Source of the DNA: a virus
Taxonomy: Duplodnaviria > Caudoviricetes
Reading direction: 5' to 3' (one strand)
Virus record (IMG/VR): IMGVR_UViG_3300038530_003247
Coordinates: 32,001 to 96,000 of that record
Length of the DNA stretch: 64,000 nucleotides
How positions within the stretch are numbered: the first letter of the stretch is position 1; each line of letters begins with the position of its first letter. The notes under the pieces were generated by a model that saw nothing but the letters and a program-made list of their open reading frames with translations, was not told where the DNA came from and ran no database searches. A program made the translations under genes and the position numbers. This document shows positions 63,426 through 64,000 of this stretch, piece by piece.

Positions 63426-63651
63426 GGATTGGAGATATTCGGAAGACAAACTTAAACTCAGGGGAGAATGTCTTCACATCCTGTTAAATAAGTTTAGTTA
63501 TGACGACCCTAACAAAGTCAATTACACAACTCAGGACATCTATGAGTGTGCTCATGACTGGGTGTCGCAAGGAAATAAGATCAGCAGTGGAATCATTGCT
63601 TACTTCCAAGCTTACTATGTAAACAAGGTGGACAAAGAACGTTATGTATGA
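63415..63651 (+). CDS. Hypothetical protein
   Basis: DWRYS...IYECAHDWVSQG. Confidence 0.65.
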   Translation: MTNEDWRYSEDKLKLRGECLHILLNKFSYDDPNKVNYTTQDIYECAHDWVSQGNKISSGIIAYFQAYYVNKVDKERYV

Positions 63652-63823
63652 AGAACTAAACGAGTTTGAAACCGCACTCCAACACTTTGGAACAAGAGTT
63701 GAGGTTTACTCTTGTATGGAAATGGGTGGTAAGATTACAGCTGAAGAAGCTTACCAACTCATTAAGGCAGAACTGAAAGAACTCAAGAAATGTCGAAAAC
63801 AATTTAAATCTAAGGAGAATTGA
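63644..63823 (+). CDS. Small cyanobacterial-like protein (59 aa)
   Basis: FGTRVE...EMGGKIT.EEAYQ.IK. Confidence 0.65.
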   Translation: MYEELNEFETALQHFGTRVEVYSCMEMGGKITAEEAYQLIKAELKELKKCRKQFKSKEN

Positions 63824-63828
63824 CACCA

Positions 63829-64000
63829 ATGAAAGTTAGTTTAGTGACAGTTACTCCTGATGCAGAGAAGCACATCGCTTACTGTGCAAGAGTCAGTAAC
63901 CCACAGAATCAAAACAATGATTCGTTTGAAGGATTGCTCCGTTATTGCATCAAACATCAACACTGGAGCATCTTTGAACAAGCATCAATGACTCTGGAGA
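63829..64000 (+). CDS. thyX: Flavin-dependent thymidylate synthase, 3'-truncated by window edge
   Basis: AGGAG SD; [24 protein letters not shown]. Confidence 0.88.
   Translation, partial: MKVSLVTVTPDAEKHIAYCARVSNPQNQNNDSFEGLLRYCIKHQHWSIFEQASMTLE

Noticed and set aside
1-64000. CRISPR array, rRNA, integrase or transposase, psbA/psbD/hli
   Set aside because: None recognised in this window by reading.

Overview
This is a 64-kb, almost entirely plus-strand segment of a T4-like cyanomyovirus, probably infecting marine Synechococcus. The host inference rests on petE, talC, pstS, speD and tRNAs that mostly read A-ending codons. It runs from gp47/gp46 through the replication module (VWA protein, cobS-like AAA+, gp45, gp44, gp62, regA, hsp20, a split gp43, uvsX, gp41, mazG). 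Next comes a late-promoter block of probable head-packaged proteins, interrupted by an HNH protein / DNA methyltransferase / sigma70-like trio. After that are gp61, nrdA/B, two lysozymes, five tRNAs with structured RNAs between them, petE and talC. A ~14-kb glycan/nucleotide-sugar island follows, then an OMP gene, pstS, a Pol-beta nucleotidyltransferase fusion, a riboswitch-led DUF4278-like gene and the start of thyX. The most notable observations are: (1) two tandem glutamine-riboswitch-like aptamers that appear interlocked by two cross-pairings; (2) DNA polymerase split in the fingers region with a thioredoxin cassette in the gap; (3) a separately promoted ThDP-enzyme/Zn-dehydrogenase/hld-like sugar sub-operon with no gmhA in the window; (4) a ROSE-like thermometer before hsp20; (5) late proteins that look like protease-processed capsid cargo with nuclease and nucleotidyltransferase domains; (6) a shortened M20 carbamoylase. 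All calls come from reading motifs by eye; no searches or folding programs were run.
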